A stretch of 64,000 nucleotides of DNA from the human T2T-CHM13v2.0 reference genome, Homo sapiens, in NCBI RefSeq assembly GCF_009914755.1, contig NC_060941.1. The stretch is one strand, 5' to 3'. Made by a program: the position numbers and the translations under genes. Shown here one piece after another: positions 51,339 through 64,000 of the stretch (position 1 is the first letter of the stretch; every line of letters starts with the position of its first letter). Under the pieces are notes generated by a model. The model was not told the DNA's origin. It did not search any database and was given only the letters and a program-made list of their open reading frames with translations.

Positions 51339-51974
51339 CTACACCTAATATCTATTAAGGATTCTGAGCACCTTCATCTTCTGCAGGTGTGATCACTAAT
51401 TTAATTAGGAAAGCATACTTCAGCGCTCCCTATAAAACCTTTTTGGAGCACACACTGACCTACAGCCAGTGCTCTGAGCTAGGGGCCTAAAGATTGAGCT
51501 TTCAACATGTATTTCATTTGCTTAAATGACCTAAGATTCCCTAAGAACAAGACTGAGCTTTATTTCCCAGTCAAAAAGAAGCATGAGTGGGCCAACTCAG
51601 CCACTGGGAAGAAGAGGAGGTGGAGAAAGAAGAGGAGGAAGGAAGCCTATTTTAGTTACATGGGGAAAATCCTAAAGCAAGTGAGTTGGTGCACTCTTTG
51701 TAGAAGCTTAGAATGGCCAAGAGAGGTATCATGTTAGCGGCCCTGGGTATCATCTTGACTTCAACTTACTGTGATACAGGAGTCCTTCACACATAGTGTT
51801 CCTGAAAAGTTATGTGCCAACAGCTTTTCTAAATTGGATCTGCTAATGGCTGCTGTCTTCTCTCGCTTCGTTTTCTTTCTGTTGGCAGCAGCTCTGAACA
51901 CCTGAGCTCTTAATGAATGTCTCTCTCGCTCTCGTATCTGTTGACAGGCAATCTGTAAATCTGTAAACTGATTC

Positions 51975-52323
<349 letters not shown>

Positions 52324-52752
52324 TAAAGCGGATATTTGCCACCTAGTCTGTTTTGTAACTTTGAAGAGTGGCATAGATCAGTTTTCGTCAAATGATGCTC
52401 TGTATTTCTAATATTACTTAGGAGGGGTAGGCACCCTGGTTCCTTCCTCCTGCCCACCCAACTTCACCCCGTGGCATAAGAAATTGGTAGAAAACAATCA
52501 GGAAAATCTTCCCCCTCAAAAGCTGGGAAGATTCAAAAGATGTAAGGAGATTTTCTGAAATCTTGACTGAATTTTACGCCTTCATGACAAGGAAGTAAGT
52601 TTGAGTGTTCACGTGTGTCATACCACAGCTCCCATATTCCGGTAATATCATCTAGAATCTGTTGCTTATCTTGGGAAACAAAGGGGAAAATGAGATTAAG
52701 GAAAGATGGGAGAGGAGAGAAGGTGCATGATGTGTAGTGAGGATATATAGAA

Positions 52753-52963
52753 CAGAGCTTCTCAACCATAGCCCTGTTGACATGTTGGGGCTGGTTAACT
52801 CTTTGTTGTGGGGTTCTGTGCATTGTAGGATGTTAAGCAGCCTCTACGGCCTCTATCTGCTACATGCCAGTTGCTCCCTCCCTCCCAGTTGTGACAACCA
52901 AAAATGTTCAGGCATTGCTGAATGTCCTCTGGAGGGCAAGATTACCCCCAGTGGAGAACCCCT
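52753..52963 (-). mobile_element. MER20
   Basis: GTGCATTGTAGGATGTT and TGTGACAACCAAAAATGT motifs. Confidence 0.8.
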
Positions 52964-53428
52964 GCTCTAGAGCCTGTAGGGCTGGTAGGACCCTCTATGG
53001 GAGTACTTGCATTAAGTAGTCCTTTGTGCATTCCCTGGACATTCTCCTCTAATTAGTCTTTCTTTGGCTTGTTCTTAACTGTGTGGGCCTGGCAGGCCAC
53101 CTTGTACCTCCCAAGGCTTGGGTCTGTGGCTGGAGTCACTGTCTCAGGGCACTGTAAGGATAAAACAAGATATTGGTTGGATAAATGTATTGAGTGTCTA
53201 AGTGGTCTAAGTGCAAGCCTTGTTTGCTGTGGGAACTCAGATGAAAATGATGCAGACTTTATTGTAAAGGGACTCACAATCCTGCGGTGGGAGAGTGTTG
53301 AGGAGGAAGTATTTCTCAATTATTAGAACCAGGAAAACTTTTTGAATCTCACCTCAAGCCTCCCTCTCTCCTCCCTCTCCCTCTCATCCCCCATCTCCCC
53401 CTTCTTCCCTCCCTCCCCTCTCTCTCTG

Positions 53429-53432
<4 letters not shown>

Positions 53433-53466
<34 letters not shown>
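53433..53466. repeat. (CA)n microsatellite
   Basis: Pure AC repeat. Confidence 0.95.
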
Positions 53467-54165
53467 CAACAAGAAGCTGAGAGCAGTGTGAAAATATGAC
53501 TTGCTCCATATGTCTCATGTCCAAGTGGAGCTAGGATTAGAGCGTTGGGTAAATGATTCTCAGAACAGCTTATTTTTACTACTCTGGTTGTCTCTCTAAC
53601 ATTAAACAAGGACACTAATGACATGTAGCAACATGTGATACAGGGCCTGACGGCAGAGAGTGCCAATGTTCTCAGTGGGAGGAGGAACTTAGTAAGTGTG
53701 TGTGGAACACAGATAAGGGAGCTGGCACTTGGGGAGGAGCCTTACAGGATGGATAGGATCTGAAGAGTGCTGTTGAGTGTCAGCATGGTAGGTAGAAGTG
53801 ACAGATGAACAGTGGGGTGGAGGCTGGAAAACACAGGGACACATCCGAGGAAGACCAAGTTTTCCAGCCTGGCTGAAGACCACAAAGAAGTAACAGGAAG
53901 AAAGAGAGGCTGAAGATTGAGAAATGTCAAAGTAAAATGCTTACTTAATGTGAAATATAAAGTGGGAAAGCACATTCTAAACTAAGTGTTTTCCATCTTC
54001 AGATGGTGTTGGACGTTAACTCCACTTCTGTTAGGAAAAACCAAGTCACAAAGGTTGAAGTGACTGGAATTAGTCTGTGTTATCCAAACAACGGTTATCT
54101 TTCTCACCAGCTCCAAATTCCCGTCCCTCTCTTCTTTCTCATCCCAAGAAACTGCTGATAGGTAC

Positions 54166-54626
54166 TGTGGACCCCAAAAATCTGAGATAGGTCTCAGTTA
54201 GCTTAGAAAGTTTATTTTGTCAAGGTTGAGGATGTGTGTCCGTGACACAGTCTCAGGAGGTTCTGATGACATGGGTCCAAGGTGTTAGGGGCACAGTGTG
54301 GTTTTATATATTTTAGGGAGACATGAGACATCAATCAATATGTTTAAGATATATACTGGTTCAGTCTGGAAAGGTGAGACAACTTGAGTCGAAGGCAGGA
54401 CAACTCAAAGTGGGGAGGGGCTTCCAGGTCATAGGTAGATAGGAGACAAATGGTTGTATTCTATTGAGTTTCTGATTAGCCTCTCCAAATGAGGCAATCA
54501 GATATGTATATATCTCAGTGAGTAGAGCAGTGACTTTGAATAGAATCAGGTTTGTCCTAAGCAGTTCTCAGTTTGGCTTTTCCCTTTAGTGATTTTGGGG
54601 GTCCCAAGGTTTATTTTCATTTCACA
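54166..54626 (-). mobile_element. 3' LTR (MER4A1-like)
   Basis: Homologous to 61533-62046. Preceded on the minus strand by the polypurine tract AAAAAAGAAAAGGGGGGA (54627-54644). Confidence 0.88.
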
Positions 54627-56555
54627 TCCCCCCTTTTCTTTTTTAAAATCTTTTGGAGAAAACATTTTAGGAGAAAATTAATCTGCTCTCAGGTTTTGTC
54701 TGATGTTTCATGGCTAGGATGGTTTATTTTTAGATGGGTAGGTCTTGAGTTACTAGGAAAGTTCATTTTTAGTAAGTTGTGAAGTCTCATGTCCTATGAA
54801 GATAAAGTAGGGGGAGGAAGGGAGAAAAACAAAAACAAAAGAACAATATTGGAAAATTGGTATAGGCCATATTACTCTGAAGTCCATACTTTAGTAGGCA
54901 GGTATGAAAGTGGCTTATGTATGTAAATAGGTTGCTATTATTTTCTTCTGAAGTTTAAGTTGTCTAGTTTCAGTTCGTAGGGTTTTATGAAAGCACAGCT
55001 TAGTTTTCAGTGACTCTAAACTGGGAAAGATGTGGGGGAAGAAAAAATTGAAAACATTATTTTGAAGACTTGTAGCCAAGAAAAATTAGAATTTGGTCTG
55101 AACTGTAGAAAATAATAAAAATCGAACAACATTAGGCAAGACTAGAATCTAATAACAGGTGTACCATAGTTTTTGAAATATAATTTTTCTCTGTCTAGTT
55201 TACCATTTTTATTAAAGACAAATCATGGTAGGACTGATTTGTTTTATTATACTTGGCCTGATTATTTGCATATAGTATAGCAAGAAAAATTTTTTAACAT
55301 AGGCTTTTAAATTGGCTTTGATGGAACTTTGTTCCATAGAAAGAAACTTAGATAAGAGTTTTTAAAAGCCAAGCCCAGTCATGGATTTGTACCATCAAAT
55401 ACCTATGAGTTGAGTGAATTCTTCTCCTCTTGAGGTTCCAAGATAAACTTGGGGCTCCTGGGCCTGTCAGAAAGTGACATTCTTTACTTATCATAAGTCA
55501 GCCTGGCTGAAGACCTGTACAGGGACTGTGTCAACAAGGTATGAGGCCAGTTTTCCTAAGGGGCTTTTATTGGCTCCATAAGTCAAGTGTGATTCTTTAA
55601 AGGAAAGCACACCATTCCAGTCAAAAGTCTTGGTAAAATAACCAGTTTCTCTAGTCGTGTCCTGTTATAAATGAAAATAGATTCTTACTGTACTTTTGTA
55701 AATAACTGTATTTTCAAAAGTTAAGAATACTCATAAATAGTTTGTAAATTCTGGAGAAGTCAGATAGAGAGAAACAAATATGTTTTAAAGTTTGTTCATA
55801 GGCATATACTAAATTGTTAAAAGTTGTCAATAGCTCAAAGGAAAAGTTTCCTTGACTATGAAAAAAACAAAACAAAGGATCAGCAATAAAGTTTTAAGTC
55901 AGAAGTCAAAAAGATTATTTCAGTCTTCTATTAGGTCACTATTTATAAACATTTCCGTTTTCCATGAATCTTAAACATTTTTCTTCTATTCTGATGTCAC
56001 AGTCTCCAAAGTTATCAGAAATTTGTATTCAAGAGGATCTGTTAGAGCTTTATGGTTGTTTATAAAGCCACCTTCTAAAGAGGACCAAAGCAAACAACAA
56101 TTGTCTGTGGATGACAAAGTTTTAGGTCAGTCATAGCTGACATACAATTGACAAGGAAATTTGTTACTTCTGTGGCACACAATAATTTAACATAACAATT
56201 ATAATTACTGATAATGTATACTAAGTCATATCAGAATTATAGGAATTTCCCATAATTTTGGAACACATACCAATAACATATTTATATAAATACAGCCCAG
56301 ATAAAGTCAAATATCATTTTAGATTTGACTTGTTTCCTGTATAATTTGTATATAAAATAATTCAAACTAGGACTTTTGGGAAACCCAATATCTTAAAGGA
56401 TTAAATTTTGACTTTAGGGAACCTAATATCTTAAAGGATTAATTAGGTCAGAAAAAGACAAAATTTATAATTTGATTTTGGAAATTTTGTAAAATATCAA
56501 AGGTTAAAAACACAGGTCATTGTAAAACAAGTCATTCATTTGACCAAAGTGATAA

Positions 56556-56950
<395 letters not shown>

Positions 56951-56995
56951 CTTGTTTTTAAAAATTTTATAAGCAATCTATAAAATTTTAATCTC

Positions 56996-57284
56996 GGCCA
57001 GGTGTGGTGACTCAAGCCTGTAATCCCAGCACTTTGGGAGACTGAGGCGGGTGGATCACCTGAGGTCAGGAGTTTGAGACCAGCCTGGCCAACATGGTGA
57101 AACCCTGTCTCTACTAAAAATACAAAAATTAGCTGGGCATGGTGGCATGTGCCTATAATCTCAGTTACTTGGGAGGCTGAGGCAGGAGAATTGCTTGAAC
57201 CAGGAGGCAGAGGTTGCACTGAGCCATTATCACGCCACTGCACTCCAGCCTGGGTGATAGAGTGAGACTCTGTGTCAAAAAAAA
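56996..57284 (+). mobile_element. AluSx-like inside the provirus
   Basis: GATCACCTGAGGTCAGGAG. Confidence 0.87.
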
Positions 57285-58628
57285 TTTTTTTTTTTAAATC
57301 TTGACCATAAGATATAATTTCCATAAACCTTTTATAACTTTTATTAAGGAGTCAGTTAATGTTTCAAAAAAACCTTGTTAATCTGACATAGGGGCTTATG
57401 CATTGGTCTTGTATCAGTGTGTCTTTGATATTAATTATTAATTTATAGGGAAACTGAACTTATTTTATCTCTCAAAATCAGCCCTTAAAAATCTCACATA
57501 TTCACCTCTTCTGTGATAGTCCCTGGGCCTTGAGGAGTTGAATAATTTTAATTTCTGGCCCTGTGACTTCAGGAATGTAGTTTATTTTAATTGACATCTT
57601 CTATTGGGCCTGAAGATGAGGCTTTAATTGTTGTCAGTGTTTAAGATTTAGCAGGACTTGGTGTCCTTTTTAGTCCCAGGAGTCAAAGTCCTATAACTCA
57701 ATGTCACAAGTACTTTAAAAGTACTTGTATTTAAAAGTATGAGCTGAAAATGAGTTGAAGGAGAGCATTACTATTTTGTGCCCTTTAAAAGGAGAAAGAA
57801 AACTGAAAATGGCGAGATGCAATGAAAGTTGAACTTTGGGCTAAAAAAAGTTAAAATCTCTTGTAATTTATTAAGAGTAAGTCAATCCCTTAAGAAAATT
57901 TCATTGTTCTAACCAATTATTTAGTGTAGAAGTGTTTTTTTTAACATCAAGCCCAATTTCTAGAAAGATCATTATACTTTCTCTTTAATTGACAACTTGA
58001 TCATATAAAACTTTTTTAAAAAATGAATTTTCTTATTGTGACTTACACAGACTGTTCATAACATGTTTGGACTTTCTGGCTTGTCCTGAACATCCCTCTT
58101 TCTTAAACCATCAGTTATTTTACTTTAGGACTAAATCTACCGTACAAGACTCTTTCTCATTTCTCTTTACGCTTTCTTACCGAAAAAAAAAAAAACCTCT
58201 TTACTTTTATAACTTTCTTCACATCTTTCTTACTTCTGGGTTCCTTTTATCTTGTTTTATACATAACCTTTAAATACATTTTAAATTAGACAGAAGTCAT
58301 TTACCTAGATTATTTCTGAAAACTGTGATAATCATCATTTAAAGTTATGGAACCATCATTGTAAAATTATAACTGAGACAGTGATCTCAGTTTTAACCTC
58401 CAAGTTGTCCTTGTTTATTTTGGGGTGTGGGCTGAACTAACTTTGGGAGGAATTTATAGTTTAGCTTTGAAACAAAGATGATAACAAACCCTTCCCCAAA
58501 CAAACCTTACTGCCTGTAGACTAGACCGTCTAAAGTCACAAAATTAGGAGTTATGGTAATCTTACTAAATTCAAGATATAGTTTTTTATTAAATGAATAT
58601 CAATATCTTATTAAAGATTACACAAGTT

Positions 58629-58926
<298 letters not shown>

Positions 58927-61511
58927 TTACACAAGCAAAGATCATTCTGTTTTTGGGCTGTGTTTATAGTTTTGTAACCCCTATACCAAATTTTGACACC
59001 TTTATAGTATTTGGCAGGGATAGAATGAAATTGTTTAATTAATAAATGCAAACAACAATGTATGTTGGCAATTATTAAGACATTTCTAATATTACTTTAC
59101 CAATAATGTTAAGGTTAATTTATTAAAGATTTTACTTGTTACATAAACTTGAAAGAGCATTTGACTAGTCTTTTCTTTTTTCCTGATAAAGTATTTGATT
59201 CAAGTGTTTTATTTTCTTAAGCCAATTAGAGTTCTTTTATATATTTTCAGTAGTGAAATATTATATATATATTATATATACAACACATAAATACATAGAT
59301 GTATTAGGCATGCCAGTGGAAGTACTTCCTATCAGTTCATAAAAAACTTTTTTTTTCCTATCTTAGACTTTCAAATTCTTAACAACCTGTTTTATTATCT
59401 TAGGCACTTGTCAGTTAAATAGTCTTAAACTTGTATATTAAAGGAAACAACTCGGGTAAAAATCTAATGGCAAAATTTACATCGTAAGTTATGGAGAGAA
59501 AAAGTCTGTGTTAGAGGGAAATTAATATGAATTTAATTGTCATTTGAACATAAAATTATAGAAATTATAAAGTCCTTTTAAATACACACACACCTTATAG
59601 TTTTTACTTCAGAACTTTAGCCATGAGATAAATACAAATTCACCAGCTTGCAAAATGAATATGTTGGATCTAAACAGTGGTTTTTATCTGAAGAGAAAAA
59701 TAACAGCAGATTTAAAGCAGGCAGAAGAGAAAAATAGCGAAAAAGAATTTAGGAACAACGTAGTTTGCAGGTCAAACTTAGGGCTCTTTTTCTCTAATGT
59801 AAGTGTGTACAAGGACCATATTCCATTTTACATAAACTCTGGCAAGTAGAGGTGTCATAAAACCTACAGAGTGTTCAAAAGGAGGTCATTCTCCTTGTTT
59901 TCTCCTCATTAGATTATGTCTCACTTTTTTTCTGAAGAGGGGGAACTGAGCTGTGGCCTCAGGTTTTTTGTGTGGTGGTTTGATGTGTGCTGCTTGTGGC
60001 CAGACTCCACAATGTGTCACCACTAAGTTGTTTCACCCTCTTACGTGTCTCAGTTTCTCTCTCCAGAGGTCTAAGACTTCTGAGAGGGTTCAAAATGCCA
60101 GGTGATCAGTTTTTATACGTGTTTCCTGGATGAGTCTTTTTTTTAAATTAATTTTTGTTGGAGATTTCCCTGTGGGGTTGTTGTATGTCATGGGGGTCAA
60201 CCCCCCAGACACTCCCACAAGGCCCCCGGTCACCCAGGGGCACCTTTCAGCTGGGAGGAGCAAATGCCCTTTCTCTTCAGAGCTGAGAAAACTCAGTCTC
60301 TCATTTATCTATGAAAACAACAGTTCAGTTCCTCATGTAAATGTACACAGACAAGCCGAATTGAGATTACTTTTGGGAGACAAAGTAGTAGACAAGACCT
60401 CTTAGAATGCATCTCCGAACTAGAATTAGGCTCCTTAAACAACAACTTCCTAGGAGAGAAAAAATAAACAACAGCCAAGGGCATTTCCTGTAGACTGTGT
60501 TCAGCCACCCCTACTTTGTAGCTCTCATCCACCATTACACACATCAAGGTCAAATCCTCTCACAGTACAAGATAACCTCTGGTACCCCCAAAGCCAAAGA
60601 GGTCAGGTCATGTAATACAGAAAAACAGACCTTTAGACCTAAGAAAAATCTGCCTATGACTCTTGAAACTCAACAAAGAAAACAGAACACCCCAAAAGGG
60701 GTGACTAGAACCTTTGTTCTGAATTCTTTTAAAGGGTTCAAGTCATTAGAAGCCTCCTCTAGATTTTTTGGTACTGTAGATGGCAAAGGGGCAAGGAGGT
60801 ATGGGGTGGAAGAAAAGTAAATGAAAGAACTTTTTTTTTTTTTTAAGACAGGAAGTAAACACAGAAACCAAATGCATTTTTTAACTCTTTTATAGTTGTG
60901 AGGAATTTTAGTCAAATTAGAGAGGTTTTGTTACCCATAATTTGGAATTTTCACTTGGATTTGATCAAGTCATGTAAAGCTGGTCAAATCTGATGGAAGA
61001 AAGACCGGAACAAACAACAACAACAAAAACCCAACAATATGATCACTGAGTGTTCTAATGGAGAAAAAATTAAGACCAGCTGGTTGTTGAACTTTAGCCA
61101 AGACAAAACTCCAATTCAGTTATTTACCTAGGGATGGGTCTGAGGCTGAAGACTGCTTTCTACCATCCTAGAAGCAGGAAAAAAGCCTCAAACTCCTCTT
61201 CCCTGCCGAGAGTGAGCTCAAACTCCATAAAGGAGTTACCTGCCTTCCATCGTCCTGTAAACAGGAAATCTTGCCTTCCTTGTTGGGAGCAAGTAAACTC
61301 CAAAACAAACAAACAAAACAAAAGAGGGAGGAGTTGTACAGCAAAATAAACTTTAGTTCTTGACTAAATTTGGGGAGATCAGGGATTCTCTGGAGGGGGT
61401 GCTTGCAGACTTCAATAAATTGTCCTATTGGTTTGAGCCATAAAGTTAGCTCATGCTGGTACCAAGCACCGACAAGAGATTTGTCAAAGGTCAGGGGCAT
61501 CTCTACTCAGA

Positions 61512-61529
61512 ATCCCTTTATGGTTACCA
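61512..61529 (-). other. Primer binding site, probably tRNA-Arg(TCG)
   Basis: Plus-strand ATCCCTTTATGGTTACCA versus the recalled tRNA-Arg(TCG) 3' end ATCCCTTCGTGGTTACCA (only CG>TA differs); 3 nt from the LTR. Confidence 0.65.
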
Positions 61530-61532
61530 AAA

Positions 61533-62046
61533 TGTGAACCCCAAAAATCTGAGACAGGTCTCAGTTAATTTTTGTGTGTGTGGTTGTGTGTGTGTGTGTG
61601 TGTGTTTTGTCAGTTAATTTAGAAAGTTTATTTTGTCAAGGTTGAGGATATGTGTCCATGACACAGTCTCAGGAGGCTCTGATGACATATGCCCAAGGTA
61701 GTAGGGGCACAGTGTGTTTTTGCATATTTTAGGGAGACATGAGACAGCAATCAGTATGTATAAGATGTACATTGGTTCCATCTGGAAAGGGGACAACTCG
61801 AGGTGAAGGCGGGACAACTCAAAGCGCGGAGGGGGCTTCCAGATCATAGGTAGGTAAGAGACGAGTGGTTGTATTCTACTGAGTTTCTGATTAGCTTCTC
61901 CAAGTGAGGCAATCAAATATGTATTTATCTCAGTAGAGGGGTGACTTTGAATAGAATGGGAGGCAGGTTTGTCCTAAGCAGTTCTCAGTTTGGCTTTTTC
62001 CTTTAGTTTAGTATTTTGGGGTCCCAAGGTTTATTTTCCTTTTACA
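61533..62046 (-). mobile_element. 5' LTR (MER4A1-like) carrying a (TG)n insertion
   Basis: Homologous to 54166-54626; followed on the minus strand by the PBS. Confidence 0.88.
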
Positions 62047-63208
62047 GTATAACAGCCTGTTTCATCAAATGCCTGTCGTTGCCCCTTTAGGTGGTTTATT
62101 ATTATTTTTTAATTCATCATTCAACTTGAAGGTCACTTACGTTGTTCCACTTGTACATGAATTCATAGAAACCATGAGTACTGGGTGTTGGGTCAGACCA
62201 CAACTGTTCACTGTGGGAAGCCTTTACTTCTGTCTCACCTCTGTGCCATTTCTCCCCTAGATCCACCCTGATTTCAGCGGGCGTTCCTGGGTCTTGTATG
62301 CACTAGGTGCCCTCAATGCTTGGCAACTGGAATGGGTTAGCCTGGAGGCATTTAGGCTGTCCTTCTACAACCACAGAAGAGCCATCACTGGCAGAGAGAT
62401 CCTTGGCGCAGTTAAGCAGAGATCTTCTCAGAAGAGCTTTTGAATAAATGAAGTTGTTCAGAATGGCCTTGTTAAAATGACTCACTTGTCAAAAAACTAG
62501 ATGTGTTGGAAGGCTGGGTTGGAAGACAAGATGTCTGAGAAGCTGTCCTGCTGCATGAGGAGTTTCATTGCTACACACCTAGTCTCTGGGTCCTGTGTTT
62601 TTGGCCTCCAGCTTACTTCGTGAACATAATAAAGGAAAGGCATTTTCTCTTGTGCATGCTATGTGTGCATGTGTGTATGTACTTGTTGTCTATGGCTATT
62701 AATTTCTTATGTATACTACTCCCGTTTTGCGCTTACCCATTGTATTCTTTGAAGGACACAACTAGATCGATGACACTGTATACCCATCATCTCTCCCCAC
62801 TCCAGACTGAGGGTGGAGACTGCTACACTAGAATGAACTGAGATCACAAAGGATTGGGGGCAAGTTGGGGGGCACGTATGTGGGGGTATTAATCCAGGGA
62901 GAGGGGAGCTTGAAAGTAGACAGTATTGCCCAAACTTGCAGTGTAATGAGGACTGCTGCCAGCTTCTGGCTTTCTCCCTATCCACCTGTGCCTGCCTCTC
63001 CAACCTTAGCCCCCAACCTTTGCTTTGGCCGTAATTTTCCCTTTTACCTGGCTTGTGTAGATTGCTATGGCTCTTGACAGTGTTGAGACATTGTTTAGAC
63101 TCCTATGAGGAAAGACAATTTTTAAAATTTAAGCACCTCTGCCATGATTTACAGGAACTAAAGCAAAAGGTATCTGCTTGCTCTTTGAGTATAAGAATTG
63201 TGGCATTG

Positions 63209-63526
<318 letters not shown>

Positions 63527-63638
63527 CTATGATGTAGCACTTATATATATTAATGTGTGTAATAAGTGTACAAGTGTCAAATGTATAATCTGGTCCCAAC
63601 TGCAGAAAAAAGACAATTATAATAGTATGATAAAATCA

Positions 63639-63939
<301 letters not shown>

Positions 63940-64000
63940 TCACGGTAAGGAGCAAAAGGGATAAATGGGATGATATGCTGTAGATAGGGGTGGGTGGGGA

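Noticed and set aside
56371-56442. Diverged ~39-bp tandem duplication in the ERV internal region
   Set aside because: Ordinary old duplication that may be part of the consensus.

Overview
Primate genomic DNA, very likely human (it contains an AluYb8). The only protein-coding exon I can support is coding exon 1 of MYO1D (myosin ID) on the minus strand (ATG at 32951, phase-2 donor after 32857), inside a CpG-island promoter. Positions 1-32856 are part of its long first intron and 33500-64000 is upstream DNA. The rest is mostly interspersed repeats: about 30 Alu elements, MIR/L2/old L1 fragments, hAT DNA-transposon fossils, a 5'-truncated L1PA2-like copy, a full-length L1PA2-like element (43217-49259; ORF1 and ORF0 intact, ORF2 broken by two nonsense codons) and a complete LTR-int-LTR MER4-type provirus (54166-62046, minus strand). 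The best lead is that the L1 antisense promoter points at MYO1D. Its intact ORF0 has a splice donor in the same phase, inside the same split Arg codon (AG|), as MYO1D exon 1, which predicts an in-frame ORF0-MYO1D fusion. Other leads are a triplicated target site with an orphan poly(A) insert, apparent strand-biased C>T editing of the provirus, a microsatellite born from a poly(A)-type insertion in one LTR, and several inverted repeats. Repeat subfamily calls rest on consensus features recalled from memory, and old-repeat boundaries are approximate.
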